A stretch of DNA of 64,000 bases from Squalus acanthias (Eukaryota): NCBI GenBank assembly GCA_030390025.1, contig JASTWF010000034.1, positions 620,001-684,000 on the forward strand. Direction: 5' to 3'. The notes under the pieces were generated by a model. It was not told the origin of the DNA. It did no database searches and saw nothing but the letters and a program-made list of their open reading frames with translations. Below, in pieces: positions 1 to 13,500 of the stretch (position 1 is its first letter; each line of letters opens with the position of its first letter). The translations under genes were made by a program, and so were the position numbers.

Positions 1-1772
1 TTACGGCGTCTCTGAGATCCCCTGGCATGCTCTCCTCCTTCCAAATAAGAGAAATGAGTTCATGTATTCGCACCAATAGTACTTCTTCACCATGTTTTAG
101 CGCCTCGGCGGGGATTCCATCTGCTCCTGAGGCCTTGTTGTTCTTCAGTTGTCGGATGACCTTTTCAACCTCATGCCGGACTGAGTTTGTGCTGAGGTGG
201 TTGCGGGCAGCATGCTGCGGGATGGAGTTGAGGACACTCGCATCGAAGACAGAGTTTTGGTTAAGGAGATCTTCGAAGTGCTCCTTCTAGCGAGCACTGT
301 CTGCCTCTCTGTCCTGGATGAGTACCTCTCCATTCTTAGCCCGCAGTGGGGTAGGACCATGGGTGCTTGGGCAGTAGGTGGTCTTGAATGCGCTAAAGAA
401 TTCACGCACGTCGTGGTTGTCGGCTCGCTGCTGGATCTCCTGCGCTTTCTCCATCCACCATCTGTTCTTAGGTCGCGAGTTTTTTGTTGGACCTCGGCCT
501 TCAATGTCTGTAGAGCTGCTTTCTGGCTCTCGAGTTCTGTTACTGTTGCCAGATCAGCAATGCCTTGCCCTTGTGACTTATTAGCTCCTATATCTCCTGG
601 TCGTTCTTGTTGAACCAGTCTTGATTTTTCCTGGTCGAGTGACCGAGCGTCTCTTCGCAGGTGCTGATTATGGAGGCCTTGAGTGCAGACCAGGCGCCGT
701 GGACACACTGTGTCTCTGAATCGCTGGGAGTCGTCAGGGTGGTTGTGAGGCGCAGGCTGAATAGGGCTTTCTTAGCAGGGTCTGTGAGTGCTCCAGCGTT
801 GATTTTCCTGCGGCATTGCATCTGTTGCCGCCGCTGTTTTGGGGCTACGTTGATGGAGATGACAGAGCGGATTAGGCAGTGGGCTGTCCAGCAGTCATCA
901 GCTCCTGTCATGGCACAGGTGATGCGGACGTCCTTGCGGTCCCTCGCTCGGGCGATGACGTAGTCCAACAGATACCAGTGCTTGGAGCGAGGGTGTTGCC
1001 ATGAAGCCTTGTACTTGTCTCTCTGACAGAACAAGGTGTTGGTTATGACAAGGCCATGTTCTTAGCATTTCGTCAGGAGGAGGGTACCATTGGAGTTGGC
1101 TTTCCCTACCCCCTCTCTGCCGATCACACCTCCCCAGAGGTCAGTGTCCTTTCCACCTCTGGTGTTGAAGTCGCCAAGGGGGATCAACTTGTCGCCCATT
1201 GGGACTCGGGACAGGGATTGTTCGAGGCTGGAGTAGAATTCCTCTTTGGTCTTGTCTGTGTCTTCCAGTGTTGGGGCGTATGCACTGATGACCGTAGCGC
1301 ACTGGTTCTGGGCTAGGTTGATCCATGAGTGATGAGGCGTTCGTTTATTCCACAAGGGGAGTCTCTGAGACGTTTAACTAGCTCATTTTTTATGGCGACA
1401 CCTACCCCATGGAGGCGGCGTTCTTCTTCACTTTTGCCTTTCCAGAAGAAGGTGTAACCACAGCCTTGCTCCTTGAGCTGGCCTTCCTCTGGCCACTGGG
1501 TCTCGCTTAGGGTGGTGATGTCTATGTCGAAACGTCTGAGCTCCCGGGCAACGATAGCACAATGGTGTTCCGGTCTGTCGCTGTTGGGCTTGTCCATGAG
1601 GGTCCTGATGTTCCAGGTCCCGAACTTCATTTTAAAGGGTGGAAGATGCCTGTGCGTGAATTCTTTTAACGTGGGGTGGCCGTTGCACACCAGCTACCAC
1701 ACAGGCTTGACAGAGCAAGGTCTTGGTCCAATGGCAAGGGGATCCAAGACGATTGGAGACCAGGCTCTGCTA
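1..1772 (-). mobile_element. RTE-clade LINE, 5' part (5' UTR, APE endonuclease, linker toward RT); frameshifted, runs off the window start
   Basis: Minus-strand fragments read MKFGTWNIRTLMD (ATG at 1630), GYTFFWKG, HGVGVAIK, VISAYAPT, LGDFNTR, SWQHPRSKHWYLLDYVI and KNQDWF, which are RTE endonuclease motifs. They are split over several frames by frameshifts and stops. Confidence 0.9.
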
Positions 1773-1932
1773 CATCGGCCGAGCACACACACACAAACCC
1801 ACTCCTACTGTCCTCCTCCCTCTTCCCGCAGGTCCTCTCTGCCTGGGTTTCATAGGCTGCAGTGTGGTCCTCCCGACCCCGCTGCGCCACTCCTGGGCAT
1901 CGACCTCGCCCCTGGGCCCCGCCCTTCTCATC

Positions 1933-3770
1933 GTGTGCCTCCTTCCAGTGAGTGTGTCCCGCGGTGTGTCTCCTTCCAGTGAGTGTGTCCCGCGGTGTGT
2001 CCTTCCAGTGAGTGTGTCCCGCGGTGTGTCTCCTTCCAGTGAGTGTGTCCCGCGGTGTGTCTCCTTCCAGTGGGTGGGTCCCGCGGTGTGTCTCCTTCCA
2101 GTGAGTGTGTCCCGCGGTGTGTCTCCTTCCAGTGAGTCTGTCCCGCGGTGTGTCTACTTCAAGTGAGTCTGTCCCGCGGTGCCTCCTTCCAGTGTGTGTG
2201 TCCCACGGTGTGTCTCCTTCCAGTGAGTGTGTCCCGCGGTGTGTCTCCTTCCAGTGAGTGTGTCCCGCGGTGTGTCTCCTTCCAGTGAGTGTGTCCCGCG
2301 GTGTCTCCTTCCAGTGAGTGTGTCCCGCGGTGTGTCTCCTTCCAGTGAGTGTGTCCCACGGTGTGTCTCCTTCCAGTGAGTCTGTCCCGCGGTGTGTCTC
2401 CTTCCAGTGAGTGTGTCCCGCGGTGTGCCTCCTTCCAGTGAGTGTGTCCCGCGGTGTCTCCTTCCAGTGAGTGTGTTCCGCGGTGTGTGTCCTTCCAGTG
2501 AGTGTGTCCCGCGGTGTGTCTCCGATGTGAGTGTCACGCGGTGTCTCCTTCCAGTGAGTGTGTCCCGCGGTGTGTCTCCTTCCAGTGAGTGTGTCCCGCG
2601 GTGTGCCTACTTCAAGTGAGTGTGTCCCGCGGTGTCTCCCTCCAGTGAGTGTGTCCCGCGGTGTGCCTCCTTCCAGTGAGTGTGTCCCGCGGTGTCTCCT
2701 TCCAGTGAGTGTGTTCCGCGGTGTGTCTCCTTCCAGTGAGTGTGTCCCGCGGTGTGTCTCCTTCCAGTGAGTGTGTCCCACGGTGTGTCTCCTTCCAGTG
2801 AGTGTGTCCCGCGGTGTGTCTCCTTCCAGTGGGTGGGTCCCGCGGTGTGTCTCCTTCCAGTGAGTGTGTCCCGCGGTGTGTCTCCTTCCAGTGAGTCTGT
2901 CCCGCGGTGTGTCTACTTCAAGTGAGTCTGTCCCGCGGTGCCTCCTTCCAGTGTGTGTGTCCCACGGTGTGTCTCCTTCCAGTGAGTGTGTCCCGCGGTG
3001 TGTCTCCTTCCAGTGAGTGTGTCCCGCGGTGTGTCTCCTTCCAGTGAGTGTGTCCCGCGGTGTCTCCTTCCAGTGAGTGTGTCCCGCGGTGTGTCTCCTT
3101 CCAGTGAGTGTGTCCCACGGTGTGTCTCCTTCCAGTGAGTCTGTCCCGCGGTGTGTCTCCTTCCAGTGAGTGTGTCCCGCGGTGTGCCTCCTTCCAGTGA
3201 GTGTGTCCCGCGGGGTGTGTCCTTCCAGTGAGTGTGTCCCGCGGTGTGTCTCCGATGTGAGTGTCACGCGGTGTCTCCTTCCAGTGAGTGTGTCCCGCGG
3301 TGTGTCTCCTTCCAGTGAGTGTGTCCCGCGGTGTGCCTACTTCCAGTGAGTGTGTCCCGCGGTGTCTCCCTCCAGTGAGTGTGTCCCGCGGTGTGCCTCC
3401 TTCCAGTGAGTGTGTCCCGCGGTGTCTCCTTCCAGTGAGTGTGTTCCGCGGTGTGTCTCCTTCCAGTGAGTGTGTCCCGCGGTGTGTCTCCTTCCAGTGA
3501 GTGTGTCCCACGGTGTGTCTCCTTCCAGTGAGTCTGTCCCGCGGTGTGTCTCCTTCCAGTGAGTGTGTCCCGCGGTGTGCCTCCTTCCAGTGAGTGTGTC
3601 CCGCGGGTTGTGTCCTTCCAGTGAGTGTGTCCCGCGGTGTGTCTCCGATGTGAGTGTCACGCGGTGTCTCCTTCCAGTGAGTGTGTCCCGCGGTGTGTCT
3701 CCTTCCAGTGAGTGTGTCCCGCGGTGTGCCTACTTCCAGTGAGTGTGTCCCGCGGTGTCTCCTTCTAGTG
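1933..3770. repeat. 31-bp CpG-rich minisatellite, unit CCTTCCAGTGAGTGTGTCCCGCGGTGTGTCT (~60 copies, some 29-bp variants)
   Basis: Directly visible tandem repeat. Variant markers recur, e.g. TCCGATGTGAGTGTCAC at ~2521, ~3251 and ~3644. Confidence 0.97.
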
Positions 3771-4319
3771 AGGGAGCTTTATGCTGTATCTAACGTGTAC
3801 TGTACCTGCCCTGCGAGTGTTGATGGGAAACTATAGAGGTGAGCTTAACTCTGTATCTAACTCTTGTTGTGCCTGTCCTGGAAGCGTTTGATGGGACAGT
3901 ATACAGGCAGCTTTACTCTGCATTTAACCCGTATTATACGTGTCCTGGGAGTGATTTGATGGAACAGTGTAGAGGCAGCTTTCATCTGTATCTAATCCGT
4001 GCTGCACCTGCCCAGGGAGCGTTTGATGGGACAGATTAGAGGGAGCTTTAATCTGTATCTAATCCGTGCTGCACCTGCCCTGGGAGTGTTTGATTGGACA
4101 GTATAGAGGGAGCTTTACTCTGTCCAACTCGTGTTCTCCCTGTCCTGGACAGGTTTGATGGGACAGTGAAAAGGGAGCTGTACTCTGTATCACATATGGT
4201 CTGAATGTGTCCTGGAAGTGTTTGATGGGATAGTGTAGAGGGAGCTTTGCTCTGTTTCTAACTCCCGCTGTACCTGCCCTGGGAGTGTTTGATGGGACAG
4301 TTTAGAGGAAGCTTTACTC

Positions 4320-5025
4320 TGCACATTCACTTTCAATGACTCATGTACAAGGACACCCAGGTCCCTTTGTGCATCTGCGTTCCCCAATCTTTCACCATTT
4401 AGGAAATACTCTGCCTTTCTGTATTGTCTACCAAACTGGATAACTTCATATTTATCGACATTATATTCCATCTGCCATGTTCACCCCCCTCACTGAGCCC
4501 TTTGAGATCCCATGAAGTCTCTTCACATCTTCCTCACAACTGACACTGCCACCGAGGTTTGTATCATCAGCAAATTTGGAAATGTCACATTTAGTCCCCT
4601 CATCCAAATCCTTGGTATAGATTGTGAATAGCTGGGGCCCAAGCACCGATCCTTGCGGTACACCACTAGTCGCAGCCTGCCATCCTGAAAAAGTCCCGTT
4701 TTTCCCTACTCTTTGTTTTCTGTCTGTTAACCAATTCTCAATCCATGCTAGTATATTACCCCAAATTCAATGTGCCCTCATTTTGTTCACCAACCTCTTG
4801 TGTGGGACCTTATCGAAGGTCTTATGAAAATCCAGATACACCACATCTACCGGTTCCCCTTTGTCGACTCCACTAGTTACATCCTCAAAGAACTCCAATA
4901 TGTTTGTCAAACAGGATTTCCCTTTCATAAATCCATGCTGACTCTGCCCATCCTTACTATTAGTTTCTAAGTGCCCAGTTATTGCATCCTTTATAATAGA
5001 TTCCAGCATTTTCACAACTACTGAT
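4320..5025 (-). mobile_element. CR1 LINE reverse-transcriptase fragment (decayed)
   Basis: QHGFMKGKSCLTNILEFFE, VDVVYLDF, GSVLGPQLF and KFADDT motifs across broken frames. Confidence 0.93.
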
Positions 5026-5244
5026 CTACCTGCCCTAGGAATGTTTGATGGGACAGTGTAGAGGGAGCTTTACTCTTTATCTAACCCGTGCTTTACCTGC
5101 CCTGGGAGCATTTGATGGGACATTGTAGAGTGAGCTTTACTCTGTGTCTAAGCTGTGCTGTACCTGCAGTGAGAGTGTTTGATGCGACAGTGTGGAGAGA
5201 GCTTTACTCTATCTAACGCGTTCTGTACCTGTCTTGGGAGTGAT

Positions 5245-6788
5245 TTCAATGTTGTGAGCGTTCCTGCCTCTACCACCCTTTAAGGGAGTGAGCTCCAGAT
5301 TTCAACCACCCTCTGGATGAAAAAGTTTTGCCTCAAATCCCCTCTAAACCTCCTGCCCCTTACCTTGAAACTATGCTCCTGGTTATTGACCCCCCCTACG
5401 AAGGGAAGAATTTCCTTTTTATCCACCCTAGCTATGCCCCTCATAATTTTGTACACCTCAATCAGGTCCCCCCTCAGCCTTCTCTGCTCTAAGGAAAACA
5501 ACCCCATCCTGTCCAGTCTCTCTTCACTGCTGAAACGCTCCAGCCCAGGTAACATCCTGGTGAATCTCCTCTGCACCCTCTCCAATGCAATCACATCCCT
5601 CCTATAGTGTGGTGACCAGAACTGCACACAGTATTCCAGCTGTGGCCTAACCAGCGTTTTGTACAGCTCCATCATAACCTCCCTGCTCTTATATTCTATG
5701 CCTCGGCTAATGAAGGCAAGTATCCAATATGCCTTTTTAACCACCTAATCTACCTGTCCTGCTGCCTTCAGGGATCTATGTACATGCACGCCAAGGGCCC
5801 TCTGATCCTCTGTCCTTCCTAGGGTCCTACCATGCATTGTGTATTCCCTTGCCTTGTTTGTCCTCCCAAAATGCATCACCTCACACTTTTCAGGGTTAAA
5901 TTCCATTTGCCACTGTTCTGCCCATCTAACCATCCCGTCTATATCGTCCTGTAGTCTGAGGCTTCCCTTCTCGCTATTTACCACTCCACCAATTTTCGTG
6001 TCATCTGCGAACTTACATTCATATCTAAATCATTAATGTACACTATAAACAGCAAAGGACCCAGCACCGATCCCTGCGGTACACCACTGGACACAGGCTT
6101 CCAGTCACAAAAACTACCTTCGACCATCACCCTCTGCCTCCTGCCACTAAGCCAATTTTGAATCCAATGTGCCAAATTGCTCTGGATCCCATGGCCTCTT
6201 ACCTTCTTGACCAGACTCCCATGTGGGACTTTTTCAAAAGCCTCACTGAAGACCATGTAGACGACATCAACTGCACTATCGTCATCCACACACCTAGTCA
6301 CCCCCTCAAAAAATTCAATCAAATTGGTTCGATATGATCTCCCCCTGACAAAGCCATGCTGACTATCTCTGATTAATTCTTGCCTCTCCAAGTGGAGACT
6401 AATTCTGTCCCTCAGAATTTTTTCCAATAATTTCCCTATCACTGATGTTAGGCTCACTGGCCTGTAATTCCCTGGTTTATCCCTACTACCCTTCTTGAAC
6501 AATGGTACTACGTATGCTGTTCTCCAGTCCTCTGGCACCTCCCCTGTGGTCAGAGAGGTTCTGAAAATTTGTGTCCGAGCCCCTGCAGTCTCCTCCCTTG
6601 CCTCACACAGCAGCCTGGGATACATCCTGTCAGGGCCTGGGGATTTATCATCTTTTAAGCCCGCTAAAACCGCTAGTACCTCTTCCCTCTCAATACTAAT
6701 TTGTTCAAGTATATCACAATCCCCCTGCCTGATTTCTATGCCTCCATCGTCCTTCTCCACAGTGAACACAGATGCAAAATATTCATTT
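5245..6788 (-). mobile_element. CR1 LINE ORF2 fragment (RT and C-terminus; decayed, second subfamily)
   Basis: [49 protein letters not shown] and RRLRGDLIEVYKIM, split by frameshifts and stops. Confidence 0.95.
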
Positions 6789-8229
6789 CAGAGCTTTGCT
6801 CTGGACCAAACATTGTCTGAACCTGCCCTGGGACTTTTTGATGGGACAGTGTAGAGAGTTTTTCTCTGTATCTAACCCCTGCTGTACCTGTCCTGAGAGT
6901 GTTTGATGTTACATTGTAGAGGGAGGTTCACTCTGTATCTACCCTGTGCTTTACCTGCCCTGGGTGAGTTTGATGGGACAGTGTAAACGGAGCTTTAATC
7001 TGTATTGAATACATGCTGCACCTGCTTTGGGAGTGTTTGATGGGCCATTGTTGTTGCAACTTTACTTTGTGTCTAACTCGTGTTGTGCCTGTCTTGGAAG
7101 GGTCTGATGGGACACTGTAGAGGCAGCTTTAGTCTGTATCTAACACATGCTGTACCTGCTCTGGGAGAGTTTGATGGGATAGTGTCGAGGGAGCTTTACT
7201 CTGTTGCTAACCACTGCTGTACATGACCTTTAAATGTTGGATGGGACATTGCAGAGGTAGCTTTACTCTGTATCTAACCCATGCTGTTCCTGCCCTGGGA
7301 TAGTTTGATGAGACAGTTTAGAGGGAGCTTTACTCTGTATCTAACACATGCTGTACCTGCCCTGGGAGTGTTTGATGGGACAGTGCAGAGGGAGCTTTAC
7401 TCTGTATCTAACCTACGCTGTACCTGCCCAGGGAGTGTTTGATGGGACAGTGTAGTGAGAGTTTTACTCTTTACCAATCATTGTTTGAACCTGCCCTGGG
7501 AGTGTTGGATGGGACAATGTACAGGGAAATTTACTCTGTATCTAACCAGTGCTGTATCCAACCAGTGCTGTACCTGCCCTGGCCGGGTTTGATGGGACAG
7601 TGTAGAGGGAGCTCTAAACTATATCAAACGTGGTCTGAACCTGCCAGGGGAGTGTTTGATGGGACAATGCAGAGATGAACTTTACTCTGTATCTGACCTG
7701 TGCTGTACCTGCCCTGTGAGAGTTTAATGGGACAGTGTAGAGGGAACTTTACTCTGTGTCAAACATATTCTGAACCTCCTGTGGGAGTGTTTGATGAGGC
7801 AGTGTAGAGTGAGATTTACTCTGTTTCTAACCTGTGTGAAAATGCCCTAGGTGGGTTTGATGGGACATTGAAGAGGGCGCTTAACTCTGTAGCTAAATCG
7901 TGTTGTGCCTGTCCTGGGAGAGTTTGAGGGGAAAGTCTAGAGTCAGCTTTACCAGTATCAAACATGGTCTCAACCTGTCCTGGGAGTGTTTCATGGGACA
8001 GTGAAGAGGGAACTTTACTCTGCATCTAACCCGTGTTATACGTGTCCTGGGAGCGATTTGATGGAATAGTGTAGAGGGAGCTTTACTCTGTATCTAAACA
8101 GTGCTGTACCTGCCCTGGCAGTGTTTGATTTGACAGTGTAGAGGGATCTTTGCTCTGTATCTAACCCGTGTTGTGCCTGTCCTGGACAGGTTTGATGGAA
8201 CAGTGTAGAGGAAGCTTTACTCTGTATCA

Positions 8230-8872
8230 AACGGTATGTTGGCGTTCATTGCAAGAGGATTTTAGTACAGGAGCAAGAATGTCTTACTACAGTTATACAG
8301 GGCCTTGGTGAGACCACACCTGGTGTACTGTGTGCTGTTTTGTCTCCCTACCTAAGAAAGGATATACTTGCCATAGATGGAGTGCAGCGAAGGTTCACCA
8401 GACTGATTCCTTGGGATGACAGGACTGTCGTTTCAGGATAGGGTGGGTCGACTAGGCCTGTATTCACTAGATATTAGAGAAGGAATGGGCATCTGATTGA
8501 ATGGTATAAAATTCTGACTGTGCTAGACAGACTGGATGCAGGGAGGATGTTTCCCCTGGCTGGGGTGTCTAGAAGGAGGGGTCACAGTCTCAGGATACGG
8601 GGTAGGACATTTAGGACTGAGATGAGGAGAAATATCTTCACTCAGAGGGTGGTGAACCTGTGGAATTCTCTGCCACAGAGGCTGTGGTGTCCAAATCACT
8701 GAATATATTTAAGAAGGAGATAGATAGATTTCTAGACACAAAAGGCATCAAGGGGTATGGGGAGAGACGGGGAATTTGGTACTGAGATAGAGGAGCAGCC
8801 ATGATCATGTTGAATGGCGGAGCAGGCTCGAAAGGCCGAATGGCCGACTCCTGCTCCTATTTTTCTATGTTT
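8230..8872 (+). mobile_element. CR1 LINE 3' end (ORF2 C-terminus, 3' UTR, tail)
   Basis: FRTEMRRNIFTQRVVNLWNSLPQ, followed by a CR1-type 3' UTR ending ...GGCCGACTCCTGCTCCTATTTTTCTATGTTTC. Confidence 0.92.
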
Positions 8873-9879
8873 CAAACATGGACTGAACCTGCCCTGAGGT
8901 CCTTTTATGGGACAGTGTAGAGGGATCTTTACTCTGTATCTAACCCGTGCTGCACCTGCCCTGGGAGTGTATGGCGGGACAGTTTAGAGGGAACTTTACT
9001 CTGTCAAACATGTTCTGAACATGCCCTGGGAGTGTTTGATGGGACAGTGCAGAGTGAGAATTACTTTGTATCTAACCTGTGCTGAAACTGCCCTGGGTGT
9101 GTTTGATGGGACATGGTAGAGGGAGCTATGCTCTGTATCTTATCCTTGCTATACTTGCCCTGCGAGTGTTTGATGGGATAGTGTAGAGGGAGCTTTACTC
9201 TGTATCTTACCCATGCTGTACCTGCCCTGGGAGTGTTTGATGGGACAGTGTAGAGGGAGCCTTATTCTGTTTCTAATCCTTGCTGTACTTGCCCTGGGAG
9301 TGTTTGATGGGACAGTGCAGAGAGCGCTTTACTCTGTATCTAACCAGTGCTGTACCTGCCCTGGGAGTGTTTGATGGGACAGTGTTGATGCAGCTTTATT
9401 CTGTGTCTAACTCGTAGTCTGCCTGTCCTGGACGGGTTTGAAGGGACAGTGCAGGGGGAGCTCTACCCTGTATCAAACATGGTCTGAACTAACCATGGGA
9501 GTGTTTGATGGGACCGTGCAGAGATGAGCTTTACTCTGTATCTAACTCGTGCTGTACCTGCCCTGTGAGAGTTTGTTGGGCCAGTGTAGAGGGAGCTTTA
9601 CTCTGTATCTAACCTTTGCTGAAACTGCCCTGGGAGTGTTTGATGGGACAGTGCAGAGGGACCTTTACTCTGTATCTAACCTGTGCTGTACCTGCCCTGT
9701 GAGAGTTTGTTGGGACAGTGTCGAGGGACCTTTACTCTGTATCTAACCTTTGCTGAAACTGCCCTGGGAGTGTTTGATGGGACAGTGTAGAGGGAGATTT
9801 ACACTGTGTCTAAGTCGTGTTGTGCCTGTCCTGGGAGAGTTTGATGGGGCAGTGTTGGGGTAGATTTACTCTGCCTCTG

Positions 9880-10505
9880 ACCTATTCTGCCCAATTGGTT
9901 TGTGCCGGTGTTTATTCCCCACACAAGCCTCCTCTCACCCCTCTTCATCTAATTCTATTAGCATAACCTTATATTCCTTTCTCCCTCATGTGTTTATCTA
10001 GCTTCTCCTTAAATGCATCTGTACTATCCGCCTCCACTACTCCCTGTGGTAGCGAGTTCCACATTCTCACCTCTCTTTGGGTGAAGAATTTCTCCTGAAT
10101 TCTCCATTGGATTTATTAGTGACTATCTTATATTGATGATCTCCAGTTTTGGACTCCCACAAGTGGACACATTTTCTCCACGACCACCCTTTATAACCTT
10201 CTCATAATCTTAAAGACCTCTATCCGGTCATCCATCAGCATTCTCTTTCTTCAAGAGAAAAGAGACCCAGCCTGTTCAGCCTTTCCTGATAAGTATATCC
10301 TCTCAGTTTGAGGATCATCCTTACAAATCTCCTTCTCCAGTGCCTCTATATTAAGAACATAAGAAATAAGAGCAGGAGTAGGCCATTGGGCCCCTCGTAA
10401 TAATATGGAGACCAGAGCTTTTCACAGTACTCCAAGTATGATCTAACCCAGGGTCAGTACAAGTTTAACATAACCTCCCTGCTTTGCAATTCTATCCCTC
10501 TGCAA
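9880..10505 (-). mobile_element. Old CR1-type LINE 3' fragment with a short nested CR1 tail at ~10332-10378
   Basis: The reverse strand matches the CR1 C-terminus (RMWNSLPQG-like, from GAGTTCCACATTCTCAC). The insert TAAGAACATAAGAAATAAGAGCAGGAGTAGGCCATT is the reverse complement of a CR1 3' tail. Confidence 0.75.
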
Positions 10506-10514
10506 ATACCCCAA

Positions 10515-13500
10515 GCCCCTCACTGTAACACTTTGTGATATACTCCATTTCCCTCGCTGTAACACTCTTATATACCCGACACCCCTCAATGTAACACACT
10601 GATATAAACCCAGACCCCTGACTGTAACTCTCTGTTATACACCACACCCCTCACTGTAACAGTCTGATATGCCCAACACCGGTCATTGCATTACTCTGAT
10701 GTACCCCACACCCGTAACTGTAGCACTCTGATGCAAACCCACTCCCCTGACTACAGCACTCTGATATACCCCACACATGCCTTCGTGTAGCACACCGATA
10801 TACCCCACACCCCTTACGGTAACACCCTGATATACCCCTTAATTTAATCCTCTCTTACATATTTCAAACCTCTCACTGTAAGAGACCGATATACCCCACT
10901 CATCTCACTTTAACACTCTGATATACACCACACCCCTCGCTGTAACAATTTGATGTACCCCACACCCTTCACTGCAATAGTCAATTGTACCCCACACCCA
11001 TCACTATAATCTGATATACCCAACACCCCTCACTGTAACACTCTGATATAAACCACACCCCTCACTGTAACACTCTGATATACCCGACACTCCTGATTAT
11101 AACACTCTCTTACATACCCCCAGGAAGGGAAATGGTATGCTGGCCTTCATTACAAGAGGTTTGAGTACAGGAGTAAAGAAGTCTTACTCCATTTATTTAG
11201 GACCTTGGTGAGACCACACCTGGAGTACTGTGTACAATTTTGGTCTCCTTACCTTATTAAAGATATACTTGCCATAGAGGGAGTGCAATGAAGGTTCACG
11301 AGATTGATTCCTGGGAAGGCGGGACTGTCGTATGAGATGAGATTGAGTAAACTAGGCCTGTATTGTCTTCAATTCAGAGGAATGAGTGGGGATCTCATTG
11401 AAGCATTAAAAATTATTACAGGGCTTGATAGTTTGGATGCTGGGAGAATGTTTCCCTTGGCTGGGGAGTCTAGAACCAGGGGCCACAGCCTCATGATAAA
11501 GGGTAGGCCATTCAGGACTGAGATGAGAATCATAGAAACATAGAAGATAGGAGCATGACTCGGCCATTCGGCCCCTCGAGCCTGCTTCGCCATTTAATGC
11601 GATCATGGCTGATCGTCCAAATTCAGTACCCTGTCCCTGCTTTCTCCCCATATCCCCTGATCCCCTTAGCCTTAAGAAATATATGTAACTCTAATAAAGA
11701 CATTTCTTCACACAGAGGGTGGTGAATGTTTGGAATTCTCTACCCCAGAGGGCTGTGGAGGCTCAGTCATTGGGAATATTCAAAACAGAAGTGTATAGAT
11801 TTCTGACTAGTAAGGGCATCAAGGGATATCGAGATAAGGCCGGTGAATGGAATTGAGGCAGAAAATCAGCCATGATCGCATTGAATGGCGGAGCAGGCTC
11901 AACGGGCCGAATGGCCTACTCCTGCTCCTATTTCTTACATTCTTATGTTCTTAAACCTCTCACTGTAACACACCGTTTTACCCCAGGCCCCTCACTGTAA
12001 CACTCTCTGATATACTCCATACCCCTCACTGTAACACTCTCTGATATACTCCATACCCCTCACTGTAACACTCTGATATACCCAACACCCCTCACTGTAA
12101 CACTCTGATATACTCCATACCCCTCACTGTAACACTCTGATACACTCCATACCCCTCACTGTAACACTCTGATATATTCCATACCCCTCGCTGTAACACT
12201 CTGATATACTCCATACCCCTCACTGTAACACTCTGATATACCCATACCCCTCACTGTAACACTCTGATATACTCCATACCCCTCACTGTAACACTCTGAT
12301 ACACTCCATACCCCTCACTGTAACACTCTGATATACCCCACACCCCTCACTGTAACACTCTGATATACTCCATACCCCTCACTGTAACACTCTCTGATAT
12401 ACTCCATACCCCTCACTGTAACACTCTGATATACCCGACACCCTTCACTGTAACACTCTGATATACTCCTTACCCTTCACTGTAACACTCTCTGATATAA
12501 ACCCACACCCCTCAATGTAACACACTCTGATATACTCCATACCCCTCGCTGTAACACTCTGATATACCCGACACCCCTCACTGTAACACTCTCTGATATA
12601 CTCCATGCCCCTCACTGTAACACTCTGATATACCCCTCACTGTAACACTCTGATACACCCGACACCCCTCACTGTAACACTCTCTGATATACTCCACACC
12701 CCGCACTGTAACACACTGATATACCCGACACCCCTCACTGTAACACTCTGATATACTCCACACCCCTCACTGTAACACACCGTTTTACCCTAGGCCCCTC
12801 ACTGTAACACTCTCTGATATACCCAACACCCCTCACTGTAACACTCTGATATACTCCATACCCCTCACTGTAACACTCTGATATACTCTATACCTCTCAC
12901 TGTAACACTCTCTGATATACTCCATACCCCTCGATATAACACTCTGATATACTCCATACCCCTCACTGTAACACTCTCTGATATACCCGACACCCTTCAC
13001 TGTAACACTCACTGATATACTCCATACCCCTCACTGTACCACTGATATACCCAACACCCCTCACTGTAACACTCTGATATACTCCATACCCCTCACTGTA
13101 ACACTCTCTGATATACTCCATATCCCTCGCTATAACACTCTGATATACTCCGTACCCCTCACTGTAACACTCTCTGATATACTCCATACCCCTCAGTGTA
13201 ACACTCTGATATACCTGACACCCCTCACTGTAACACTCTGATATACTCCATACCCCTCACTGCAACACTCTCTGATATACTCCACACCCCTCACTGTAAC
13301 ACTCTCTGATATACTCCATACCCCTCACTGTAACACTCTGATATACCCAACACCCCTCACTGTAACACTCTGATATACTCCATACCCCTCACTGTAACAC
13401 TCTGATATACTCCACACCCCTCACTGTAACATTCTGATATACTCCATACCCCTCACTGTAAAACACTCATATAAACCCACACCCCTCAATGTAAAACACT

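Larger units (their letters stand above)
3770..9875. repeat. 67-bp diverged tandem repeat, unit GAGGGAGCTTTACTCTGTATCTAACCCGTGCTGTACCTGCCCTGGGAGTGTTTGATGGGACAGTGTA, interrupted by CR1 fragments
   Basis: Unit starts at 7321 and 7388 give a 67-bp period. Blocks at ~3770-4320, 5026-5245, 6790-8230 and 8873-9875. Confidence 0.95.

Noticed and set aside
1800..1932. Strong plus-strand splice acceptor (CTCCTCCCTCTTCCCGCAG|G at ~1831) and GC box
   Set aside because: No recognisable coding sequence or donor follows. It runs straight into the minisatellite.
1666..3660. 533-aa and other His/Thr/Arg-rich ORFs
   Set aside because: Translations of the 31-bp minisatellite.
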